Source of the DNA: Scyliorhinus canicula
Lineage: Eukaryota
DNA length: 64,000 nt
Reading direction: 5' to 3'
NCBI RefSeq assembly: GCF_902713615.1
Contig: NC_052165.1
Span: 9,998,348 to 10,062,347, forward strand
A model generated the notes under the pieces. The model saw only the letters and a list, made by a program, of their open reading frames with translations. It had not been told where the DNA came from and did no database searches. Shown piece by piece: positions 26,871 through 37,656 of the stretch. Each line of letters begins with the position of its first letter. Positions within the stretch are counted from its first letter, which is position 1. The translations under genes and the position numbers were made by a program.

Positions 26871-27740
26871 ATAATACAAACAAAACACGCCGAGGTAGTT
26901 AAATTGATCAGCAGGTATCGTGGACACTGTCTTCAAGAGACACATTATGCAAACGTACAGGAAACAGCGTTGACCTCCTGAGGCATTGTTTCTGTTTGGA
27001 TTTGTGAACAGAATTTCATACAGCCATCAAATATGGAATAGAAATTGCTCCCTTATTTCTCCTGAGGCCCTGGGCCATCCACATGACTTGCTCCATTATG
27101 CAGCCTGTTTTCCAGTGAGTGCATCAGAAGTTTTGCTTTTCCCCAAACTAAAGCAAAAAGGTCTTCCACAGCAGCTTGTCTTCCTCTGAAGTGTGACTGC
27201 CTTCTCATATCCTCTTGAGCCCAAGAACTCCAGTTTGTCTTGTAATGCCTCACAAAAAATTGGAAGTTAGACGCTTTCCTGTAATAGGGCACTTCCCCGC
27301 CTTGAATGTATTCCCAGTTTTAATGTATTCCGACAAGAGAAGAAAAGAAAGCTAACAGGGCAATGCTATGAGGGCTACATCCCAGTTTACTAATAGATCA
27401 CTTGAGACCATATTCATGGGCCACTAAGGACTAAACTTATTCAGCTGCAAAAGCAGCATTGACTATAAAGATCTACTGCTGTGAAGATTTTATACAATGG
27501 GCATGGATAAGTTTAATGTTATAGGTGACCTTAGCATTTTAGGGTTTTTGTTTTGAGAGCCGAAATCAGTTGTCCTAATCTTTACAAAATAACATTTAGT
27601 AAGTATTCCCAAAAATTATGTGGATTTGTGTTTTTGCCACGGCTTACTTGAGTTGCATTAACAAATTAGTCCTTATGACATGTTTGTTAAAGAGATGTCA
27701 TGTTTAGGAAAATCATTTGACAATTTTTTTGGGTTTGTTC

Positions 27741-27812
27741 AGATCATATGAATAAAAAAGATCATATTGATAAAAAAGATCATATTAATAAAAAAAAGAT
27801 CATACTAATAAG
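27741..27812. repeat. AT-rich minisatellite, about 4 copies of AGATCATATTAATAAAAAA (18-20 bp)
   Basis: Direct tandem units visible in the sequence. Confidence 0.85.
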
Positions 27813-28566
27813 TTTAAAAAAAGGATATTAATCAGAAAAATCATTGAAATGTTACATCATGTCATTTGCATATACATGAGCATAACACCCATCTCTTCCA
27901 GATCTTCTCGCTCTCCAAACACAAACAGATTAGTCACTCTGTAATGAAGGCGGTGCCAATTAAACTGGAAGGAGGACAGTACCGGAGTTTCTTGTTAGTG
28001 GACTGAGACACTTAATTATAAATCAAGCAATATTTTGAGTAAAAATTTTTATTCTTGCACAAATTGCTCCTCTCACTGTACACCCAGAAATTAGTATTAC
28101 AGTGAACAGTTAAATCGTGAAAAAATATATTTGAAAATTTCAAAATGACGAACAGGCATAATGACAAGTGTCTTGGTTGGCATATAGAGTTGAATGTGGC
28201 ATGTGCCATATTGTTTTCTAGTTGCTTTTCTCTTTCTAACAATCCTGACAACATGGAGATGACCGTCTGAGAGTGGGTTTTTGATGCCCGCTTTGAAAGT
28301 TAGCGTGCGTTCCGCCTTGCAAGAGCAGCACCAATGACGGTTAGCACGTCATACAAGGGGCAAAAAAAGAGCATAAGATCTCACTGCTTATCGTAAAAAC
28401 ATTTAACGTTTTAAAAGTGACCCCCATCACGGATAAATAAAGCTTGAATTCATCACTATTACTGGTCGAGGGCATTGTTCTTCTGAAGTCATGAGGTTTG
28501 CAATTGTTTACCTCTGTGGGTTTAGTCCCTGTTTTACATTGTATGATTGGATGTATCTTTCTACAG

Positions 28567-28720
28567 CAGCAGTTGGCAGCCCAACAGATTGTCTTCCAAC
28601 AGCAACTTCTCCAAATGCAACAAATCCAGCAACAGCAGCATTTGATGAACTTACAACGTCAGGGACTCATCACTATCCAGCCTGGTCAGCCCTCCCTTTC
28701 AGTCCAGTCTCTGCCACAAG
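28567..28720 (+). CDS. FOXP2: FOXP2 exon 6 equivalent, 154 nt, [51 protein letters not shown]
   Basis: Acceptor ctacAG at 28565-66 (tandem CAGs make 28570 or 28573 possible starts) and donor GTactg at 28721; phase 0/1. Confidence 0.95.
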
Positions 28721-30803
28721 GTACTGGATGGCAAATCCTACTTAAAGCTGCAATATTGTGATTTAGCTATCTATTTATCTATTGTGAATGTTTGTGTGGA
28801 ATAACATTTAAAGTACTGAAAGTATAACATGCAACAAATTTGTAGCAAATTCTGAGCATGGTCACAAATTCTGAGCATGAGTTCTATAAGAAAAGTTAAA
28901 AGTAAACATGTGCAGTAACAATAATATTGTTTCTTTCTATTGTGACAATTTCCTCCCGGAAACAGTTAGGGTGACGAAAATCCAAATAATGCAGCCCCAA
29001 CTTTGCTATGATTAGAGCTTCTATTTAATAAGGGTTTAATAAGACTCCACCTTTCAAGGAGCGTAAAATACTGGGCTTTCAATGAATTGCCAAGAAGATG
29101 AAAGTGAATAGTTATATCAATGTATCCAAATGCAGTATACAATTTTTCCAACAGTATCATATTGGAATCTTAGCGGTGAATGAGGATCTGTTAGAAGGAA
29201 ATGGGTTCACTTTCTACTTTTTTGTTCTGGTGAAGAAACTTTTGAATCAAAAAGCAAAATCGATAAATTGAATCTGATGGTACAATAATGTTGCAAACAA
29301 TTCAGTTACCAAGGCAATTTCTTATGTCTGCTGAAGTGTATCATCCAACAGTACCAGCACGTCTGCAGAAACTGTCACTGATGCTGGGACTAGAAAATCA
29401 TTTTTAATAGTTTGACATTTAAAAAAAAAATCATACAAATATGAGATTCTGGGGCAAGGTGCAATCAGACCAGTTTGCGGTAAAATGGACAGGAATAATT
29501 TCATGCTTTGGATTTTTTTCCATTTGAATGTTTTATTGGAGGCTAGGCAGAATTTTCGTTTAAGTAATGTTCATTTTCCTGAATCCTTTTCTTAAAATTC
29601 ATACTTGGGATGTGGGGGTCGCTGGCTAGGCCAGCATTTATTACCCAGCATTTATTACCCATCCCTAATTGCTCTTGTACTTAGTGGGGGGGGGGGGGGG
29701 GGGGGGGGGGGGTGGAGACAGTTAAGAGTCAACTGCATTGCTGTGTGCGTCTGGAGTCATTTGTCGGGAAGGCCGGGTATAAGGGCGGCAGATTTCCTTC
29801 CCTGATGAGCATGAGGGAACCAGAGGGATTTTTATCGTTAGACCTTTAATCCCAGACTTTTATTGAATTCAAATTTCACCATCTGCCGTGCTGGGATTCG
29901 AACCCAGGACCCTGGGTCTCTGGATTACTAGTCCAGTGATGGTACCACTATGACCGCCTTATTGTCGTCAAATTATAGTAAAATGAACTGAGCTTAAACC
30001 AGTAAATGGTCAATGATAGATTCCAACAGATGACTGCCCAGTAAAGCTAAACATAACATGTGATCACATATACTTGAGCAATCTACTGTAACCTACTGAT
30101 TTACACAATATGCATTTTACTCTCTTTTTATTCAATATGGCCAATGTTACATGGCAGTAGGCAGCCTCTACAACTGAGAAGATGGTTGAGAATGAAGCAT
30201 AAATAGTAGCGTCGTAGTGTGACTCAGAGAGTAAGGCCTGAATTTTCACTCCTGATTCAGGAGCGCAAGGTCAACTTTACAAAGCTGACTCAGGAGGAAG
30301 TGCTCCGCATGGTCTGATTTTCTTTCTGACGAGGTGGCATGGTTGTTAGCAGGAGTCAGGCCTGTAGCGTAAGGGTCTGACACAAATACGGCCTGATCTT
30401 CCAGCTGTTCATGCCGGTGGCGCACCCCCACCATGGGTTTCCCATTGGCGTGGGGTGGATTCAATGGGAATTCCCATTGACAGCGGCGAGAACAGAAGGT
30501 TCCGACACCTGCCGCCGAGAAACAGGCTGTGGGAAGCCTAAGAATCTCGCCCGTAACATTTGTGTGGGATTAAGTACAGTGCCACCCACACAGCGATGTA
30601 AGAGAACACATGACCAGCACCAAGGTGCCAGTCAAACGTTGGAGAGAGCCATGTGCACAAATAAGGAAGGAGACAACTTCCAGTTAGAACCCTTAATTAT
30701 ACATGTGTATATAGTTCTCAGAGATAATAAATAGATGCAGTTAACCTACTTAAGAGTATGAAGATTTCATTATGACCTATCAAATGATAATCTACAACAT
30801 GGT

Positions 30804-31008
30804 AAGAAGTCTTACAACCCCAGGTTAAAGTTCAACAGGTTTGTTTCAAACACTAGCTTTCGGAACACTGTTCCTTCCTCAGGTGAATCGTAAATCAGCA
30901 GTGCTCAGAAAGCTAGTGTTTGAAACAAACCTGTTGGACTTTAACCTGGTGTTGTAAGACTTCTTACTGTGCTCACCCCAGTCCAACGCCGGCATCTCCA
31001 TATCGTGG
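30804..31008. mobile_element. Penelope-derived palindrome, copy 2, 12-bp TSD
   Basis: CTACAACATGGT duplicated at 30792-803 and 31009-20. Confidence 0.8.
30851..30885 (-). ncRNA. Minimal hammerhead ribozyme motif (Penelope-type)
   Basis: The - strand reads CAC CUGAGGA A GGAAC AGU GUUCC GAAA GC UA GUG: CUGANGA and GAAA cores, 5-bp stem II, palindromic AGCU stem III, NUH triplet CUA, CAC/GUG stem I. Confidence 0.7.
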
Positions 31009-31310
31009 CTACAACATGGTGGCAGTGAATGGAAAACCTCAAACCTCGCAGAAATTGCAGGGAAAATCTAAAATTCTGGAGGACTTCAAGAAAAGTCAAA
31101 GACGCATTCTGACCTGAAGAAAAGCTTGAGAAGCAGACGTGAGGAGGACAATTATCAGGGATAAGCTCCAAAGGAAGGCTTGGAAGCTGAAGGCAGAAAT
31201 TGAAAATTCCTCAGTGCAGCAGAGAGTTCCACAGGATCACTTGGAGGTCCACCTTCAATTTCAGATTGCCGAGTCGGCAGATCCAGCAGGGGTGAGCGAA
31301 AGCTAGGATT

Positions 31311-31460
31311 CGGGCAACACGGTGGCGCAGTGGGTTCGCCCTGATGCCTCATGGAGCGAGGTCCCAGTTTTGATCCCGGCTCTGGGTCACTGTCCGTGTG
31401 GAGCTTGCACATTCTCCCCGTGTTTGTGTAGGTTTCCCCCCACAAAGATGTGCACGCTAA
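31311..31460 (+). mobile_element. Truncated HE1-like SINE
   Basis: GGGCAACACGGTGGCGCAGTGG head and TCTGGGTCACTGTCCGTGTGGAG core. Confidence 0.8.
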
Positions 31461-31654
31461 ATTTATTCAATGAATAAATCTGAAATTGAAAGCTAGTCTC
31501 AGTAATGGTAACATTGAAACATATCGTCAATTGTTATAAAAAGCCATTTGTTTCACCAATGTCCTTTAGGGAAGGAAATCTGCTGTCTTAACCTGGTCTG
31601 GCTTAAATGTGACTCCAGACACACAGCAATGTGGTTGACTCTTTACTGCCCTCT

Positions 31655-32482
31655 ATTACGAGCTGAACAGTGGTTAGGATGCTGGACCGAAACCCCAATA
31701 TTTTATTTCAGTTTTGTAAGACTGTGAGGAAAGGATACTTCATTCCAGGAGTGATTTCATCCAAAAATCGGGATATGGTGTATTAAAACAAACTTTATTA
31801 CCAACACAATATTAAAATGTCTTTTCACATCACTGAAGAAAAGTAGCTTGCCTCTTAAACAATGCTAATCAATACCCCTAAACTACTATCTTTATTTCTA
31901 CTCAAACAACAGAAAGAAAAACATCTCAGCTCTTAATCCACTTTCAAATACAGTTAGCACTCAGGAATACCTGCTGTGCAGAAATGTCTGCCTTGAGAGA
32001 GAGAGCTTTTTTGCCACTGTTTTAAAGAAAAGATCTGAATCCTGTCAGACCCATACAGAAACTCTGACTCTATTTCTTCAGTATCTGCTTCTCGGCTTAT
32101 TTCAGTAACTTTCAGCTAATCTGTCTACAGATATCTCTTTAACTGAACTGTAGTGAGAGCGAATGTTTGGCTTTTGCTCACATCTCAATCTAAAACTCAC
32201 CTGAAACTGGTTTTCTGCAAAATGCCTGATACCCTAGCTCCTCCCATTAATTAGATCATCTTCCAAAACTGAACTCCAATTAACCCCATAGGGAACTCCC
32301 CTAATCCAAACAAAACTCTATTAACCCAAGCTTTTACAGTGCCTTAATTGCACCTCCGGGTCCCAAAACCTTTCAAACCAGGATTTTTAAAAACACAACT
32401 GCAGCAGTCATACACACACGAACCCAGACTTTTAACACTTACTGCACCTTAATAAAATACATCCGAAATTCCTACTTCATCA
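31655..32482 (-). mobile_element. Probable solo LTR inserted in a LINE-tail fragment
   Basis: An insert of about 830 bp splits the LINE-tail sequence at CCTCT; it ends CTTCATCA and has AATAAA on the - strand near 31795. Confidence 0.45.
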
Positions 32483-33269
32483 AACCTCTGAAATAGCGTA
32501 GCGAGACACTCAGGTCAAGGGCAGTTATGGATGGGCAACAAATACTATTCTAGCCGTTGACACCGATATTTCATGAAAAAATAACGAAAACCATATGTCT
32601 TCAAATGAACAGGAGCAGCACCATCTTGAATTTCTGTAACATCTTACAGCTGAGTCTACAGATCAAAACTTTTAAAATATGGATCAAAACTTCAACTTAC
32701 CAGATCAGTTTGGACTTTTTAAAGCGTTGGAGCACATCACATTGAAGTAGAATGTCAGGGAAGCCCAAATTAATATCTTTTTATACTGTTTTACTGAATT
32801 TGCTGATGAAGTAATTGTAATGCAGTACATTGATGAATCCTCACCCAGGATCAACGAAATATTAAAGGCCTTTGATGATTATTTTAATCTTGAAGTTTAA
32901 GAGCGCACAGAGATTACAAAGAGACACAGAAAACTTCCTATAAAGTGCCAAAAAGGTAGAAGACAATTCTCGAGTAAACCACACAAGGAAACTTTCTAAA
33001 AGTCTTGAAACGGTATCCTTTTGTAAATCCTGACGCACTACCTGAACTGCAACAGCAGGTGACAGTACAGAGTGAGCAGCTGGCTGTGAATGAAGGAAAG
33101 CTATCTTATGAATATCTTCTGAAAATAAACAAATCCTACAAAGGGAAAATAAAATAAGGTTGGAAGAGTTTTGTATCGGAACTAAATTGGAAAATCAGAA
33201 AATCAAGATTCAAGCTGAGTATATACCTTGCAAAAGCATGTGATTCAGAAGTCATTAATGCACCACCTG

Positions 33270-34330
33270 TTCATGATCTGAACAAACTAAATTTTGAGGT
33301 GGTGCAGAGGTACAAAAAAGGTCTACAGAGCTGAAGAAGGTGACTGTATATTTGGAGGAATGCTTGGGTGAACATTACTTTTCCAAGGAGATGTATGAGG
33401 AGATAAAATCAAAAACTTAGAATGGCAAGAGGAAATAGACATTCTCACAAAAGAGTGAGGATTCTCAGAAACAATTAGAAGCACAATTTCATAATGTGAG
33501 GTTGAATGAAAGAAAAACTGATGTGTGTAGAGAATCACCTTTCATTTAAGAAAGATGATTTTGATAAGAAAAATCAGAACTAATGAGAACATTGGAATGT
33601 TGCTCACAGGAAGTAGAGCACTTGAAAGAGAACGTGAACTGCTTAAATGATGAACTTGTATGAACAAATTCAACAAAAATCATTTAAAATTGATGAACTT
33701 CAAGCATTAGAAGTATTTAGTAAGCATGGTGCAAGATGCCAGGAACTGGAGAAGGAATTGCTAGAAAGCAGAATTAACAACCAAAACTGATGAATTTCTT
33801 GAAATTTGGTCCAATCTGAAGAACATGAAGGATGGAATGCATATTGTGGAGCAGCAAATCCAGACTTTAAAAGCAGAAAAAAAATAAACTCTACAGATCA
33901 GATTGAAGATCTAACAAATTTAATGAATTGAAAGAATCTAAGGAGCAGTCAGTAATCGTGGAAGAACGATTCGCAAAATAGCTGAATGCTTATGTGAAGC
34001 TGTTGAATTTATACATGAGATCTGCAGATAACTCTGAAACAGAAACAATTCAACTTACCAGAGTTGTTGTTGAGCTGAATGAAAAGATTCATAAGCTCAA
34101 AAAACAACTGGAAAAGAAGAAAGTAATGAGACATTTGGTTAAAATTGCAAAACAAGTGGGAATGAAGGTCCCGTTGTTGAAACGTGAACTTCCACATGCG
34201 CTGTGGCGAGCGCATGGCAAAAGCTGAGGAATAAATGCTGTGGGGGTGAGCACAGCGTTCATATACCTTGGAAAAAAACTGGAGAAATTAACAAATGCCT
34301 ATCATCTCAACTGCCAAATTAACAAAGAGC
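33270..34330 (+). pseudogene. TPR: Intronless, decayed copy of the nucleoporin TPR N-terminal coiled coil
   Basis: Collinear peptides across frameshifts: KSELMRTLECCSQEVEHLKENVNCLNDEL, KIDELQALEV..ELEKELLES, AELTTKTDEFL, KESKEQSVIVEERFAK*LNAYVKLLNLYMRSADNSETETIQLTRVVVEL. Recalled human TPR: [108 protein letters not shown]. Confidence 0.8.
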
Positions 34331-34834
34331 AGTTCAATACCAAGGAATGGAAAAAGAAGATGAACAGCTATCTAGCCATCAGGAAAACCTCCAAATCAGC
34401 AGAGCCAACCATACCTTCAACAATAGTGGGTTATGTGGTAGTAGCATAAATGATGTAAATACATGGTGTGAACTAGAATAACTTGAAATACATTGGCTAA
34501 AGTCTTAGGGGAGGCATAGAATAAGGGTTTGGCATATATAGGGTTAATGACATAAAATAAAAGGAAATTCAAAGTGTCCCCGTTAATAATTTCAGTATTT
34601 AAAAAAAATATTTCCATCAATAAAAACCCATTCACTATATTTAAATTCCTACAATCCATTATAAAACAAATAATTAAATTCATAGCCCACATCAAAGACT
34701 TTCTAACCACTTGAACATGTCGATCAAACTATGAACTGACAGGCACCCCACTGTGATAATGATAGGTTATGGAACAGTCATGCAGCATGAAACTTATTAT
34801 GATAACCTTCAGGCTTCTGTCAACAAACAGAGTG

Positions 34835-35025
34835 AACACTGCCGCCTCACAACGCAGAGGACCCGGGTTTGATCCCGGTCCCGGGTCACTCTTTGTGTGG
34901 AGTTTTCACATACTCCCCATCTCTGCGTGGGTCGCACCCCCATAACCCAAAGATGCGCAGGTAGGTGGATTGGCTACGCTACAATTTCCCCCCAGTTGGC
35001 AAAAAACTTTAAATTAAAAAAAAAC
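34835..35025 (+). mobile_element. 5'-truncated HE1-like SINE
   Basis: Core GGGTCACTCTTTGTGTGGAG..., A-rich end, flanked by CAGAGTGAA repeats. Confidence 0.8.
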
Positions 35026-35571
35026 CCAGAGTGAAATAGCATGCATTGTTTTATTCAAATTGCATAATAATGGCTCCCTGACTCGGAAATGTGAAATGTA
35101 CATTGTTCACAGTTTCATCCACAGCAAACATCCCTAACTTTGCTGTCCTCTCTAAGATGATTACCTTCTAGTTTTCCCAAAACATTCTTTCCTATTTTCT
35201 GCACCATTGGTTGCAGAGTTTTTAGTCACCTCAACCGCATTCTCTGAAGCTCCCTCTCTAGTGCACGCGCTTTCGTCCCTCTCCTACATTGAAACATTTC
35301 TTAAACTCATCTGTACGATTAAGTTTTTAGTCATGCTTCTCCGTCTGTTCCATGATTATCTTTTCCCTTGTGAGCACCCTGGGACAATCTTCTTTTTCAT
35401 GGGTGCGATTTAAGTGCAAGTTGTTGTTGTTTATGTTATTAAATGTTTACTTTAGGGGTGACAAGTGGCAAATAAGAAATACACAAGTAACAGGTGATGA
35501 CCATTTCCAACAAGAGAAAAGCTGACCTTCTCTCCTTGACACTCAGTAACATTAGTATTGTTAAATATTCT

Positions 35572-36149
35572 GGGCGGGATTCTCCAACCCCCCCGCGGCC
35601 GGGCTGGCGAATTGCCGGAGAGGGGCGCCGTGAATCCTGCCCCGATGCCGGCTGCCGGATTCTCCAGCGCCAGTTTTTCAGCGGGGACGAGAATCCTGCC
35701 GCGCCAGTCGGGGGCCATTGGCCGCCCCCCCCCCCCCGACGACTCTCAGGCCCGCGATAGGCGTAAAATACACCAGGTCCGTACCGGCAGGACCTGGCTC
35801 TGCGGGCTGCCTGCGGAGTCCTCGGGGAGGGGGGGGGAAACTGTCCCTGGGGAGGGCCACCATGGTGGCCTGGCCCGCGATCAGGGCCCACCGATCCGCG
35901 GGCGGGCCTGTGCCGTGGGGGCACTCTTTCCCTCCGCGTCGGCTGATGTAATGGTCTGCCATGGCCAGCGCGGGGAAGAACCCCCCTGCCCAGGCGCTGG
36001 GATGATGCCAGCATACGCCAGCCCCGCCTGCCTGGCCCCTGATGGAGCAGAGGTTTCCGCACCTTTCGGGCGGCCCGACACCGGAGTGGTTCACGCCATT
36101 CCTCGGCGCTGGTACGGCCCACCCCGCCGGTTAGGGGAAAATCCCGCCC
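35572..36149. mobile_element. GC/CpG-rich TIR element, TSD TCT
   Basis: GGGCGGGATTCTCC...GGAAAATCCCGCCC; TCT at 35569-71 and 36150-52. Confidence 0.85.
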
Positions 36150-36152
36150 TCT

Positions 36153-36790
36153 ATCTTCAACATTCTGAAGGTCACCATTGACCAAAAGCTGAACTGGACC
36201 AGCCATATAACTACTATTACCACAAGGGCAGGTCAGACGTTTGGTGTTCTATGGCACCTTTTTACTTCCCAAAGCCTGTCCACCAACTAAAAGGCACAAG
36301 TCACGTGTATAATAGAATACTCTCCACTTGCTTGGATGAGTGCAGTTCAACACTCTAGAAGCTCAATATTATCCAGGACAAAGTAGCCCGCTTGAATAGC
36401 TCCTCAGCCCCCAGTTGAACATTAATTCCCTCTGCGGCTGGCGTACATTGGCAGCAGTGTATACCATACACAAGATGGACTGCAGCAGTACATCGAGGCT
36501 ACTTCACCAGCACCTTCCAAACCTGCAGCCTCTACCGCCGAGAAGTAGAAAGGAACATGCGCGTGGGAACACCGCCAACTAGAAACCTCCCTCCAAGTCG
36601 CACACGATCCTGACTTGGAACTATGTTGCCAATCCTTCATCATCAACGAGTTAAAATCCTGGAATCACCCCAGAAGTGCTGCAGTGCTTCAAGAAGAAAT
36701 CTCAGCTCCACCTTTTTAAGGGCAATTAGAGATGGACAAAAATGCTGGTCCAGCCAATGATGCCCATGTTCCTTGAACAAATTTAAGAAA
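36153..36790 (+). mobile_element. LINE (CR1/L2 group, second family) RT C-terminus and 3' UTR
   Basis: Decayed KAQVTCIIEYSPLAWMSA..IIQDKVARL motif near 36291-36395; tail GGGCAATTAGAGATGG..AAATGCTGG. Confidence 0.7.
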
Positions 36791-37445
36791 AACAATTATT
36801 TTATCTATGTGGTAACTTTTTATCTTTATTGACTGAGTATTAAGCATTGCTAAGGCAGAGCTAGGAAAACAACACAATGCAGAGAGGATTGTCTGTCACT
36901 ATTGGACCCTGCTTGATTTCCCTTTGGTTGGAGACAGACGGATCTGTAACAAACATGTGACCATCTGTTTTCCTCTTTTGCACTTCCCCCTGACAATGCT
37001 TAACACCCAGATCATAAAAGGAAGAAATCCACGCAAATGTCTCTTCAACGTAGTGTCGACACATACCCTTTAAAGTTTGAGGCAAGGCATTGTAAAACAT
37101 GTGCATTGAGGGCCGATGGTTTGGAACTCAATCTGAGGTATAAACTTAGACTACTGTTCGGAAATCCATAAATCTTACACTTGAGTTAGCAAAAAACTAT
37201 TGTGTAGGGTCACAGCCTTTGGCAGGGAAAGCCCAAAGGACTTTTACACCTATATTAGAAGAGCTTGCCGAGGTCATGATGAATGGTGTTAGCGAAGAAA
37301 AAGCATTAGAATTCAAGTGAATATTTGGTCATTGTTCATAGGTACTGATCCAGATTTGGCATGATTAATAGATAGGCTACATTACCCAACGAGTGCAGAC
37401 CTTATCTATTGATTTCTCAATCATATCTGTGCTGTAATTTTTCAG

Positions 37446-37656
37446 GTTTAAGTCCTGCAGAGATTCAGCAGCTCTGGAAAGAAGTGACCGGGGTGCACAA
37501 TATGGAAGACGGTGTTTTGAAGCACAGTGGGCTGGATCTCTCTACCAATAATTCTTCCTCTACTACCTCCACTACCACTTCCAAAGCATCACCACCAATA
37601 ACTCATCATTCGTTAATGAACGGACAGGCTTCAGTCCTCACAACGAGAAGAGACAG
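37446..37656 (+). CDS. FOXP2: FOXP2 exon 7 equivalent, 211 nt, (G)[69 protein letters not shown](S)
   Basis: Acceptor ttttcAG at 37444-45 and donor GTaaat at 37657; phase 1/2, in frame with both neighbours. Confidence 0.97.

Larger units (their letters stand above)
30552..34450 (+). mobile_element. Decayed LTR-retrotransposon-like element: 5' LTR-like segment, PBS-like TGGTGGCAG, gag-like remnant and TPR-like insert; interrupted by later insertions
   Basis: LTR-like 30552-30799 (AATAAA, ends ACAACA) followed by TGGTGGCAG; gag-like EAQINIFLYCFTEFADEVIVMQYIDESSPRINEILKAFDDYFNL at 32760-32891. No matching 3' LTR was found. Confidence 0.55.

Noticed and set aside
27741-27812. CRISPR-like repeat array
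   Set aside because: Tandem units without unique spacers in a vertebrate intron; no cas genes.
28331-28351. ER-stress element (CCAAT-N9-CCACG)
   Set aside because: The sequence after the 9-nt spacer is CACGT, not CCACG.
35439-36206. Long GC-rich ORFs here and at 4877-5521, 23344-24037, 41775-42734, 46258-47016 and 60471-61019
   Set aside because: They overlap in several frames on both strands, are Pro/Gly/Arg-rich, lie inside TIR repeats and show no transposase or other domain motif; high GC simply suppresses stop codons.
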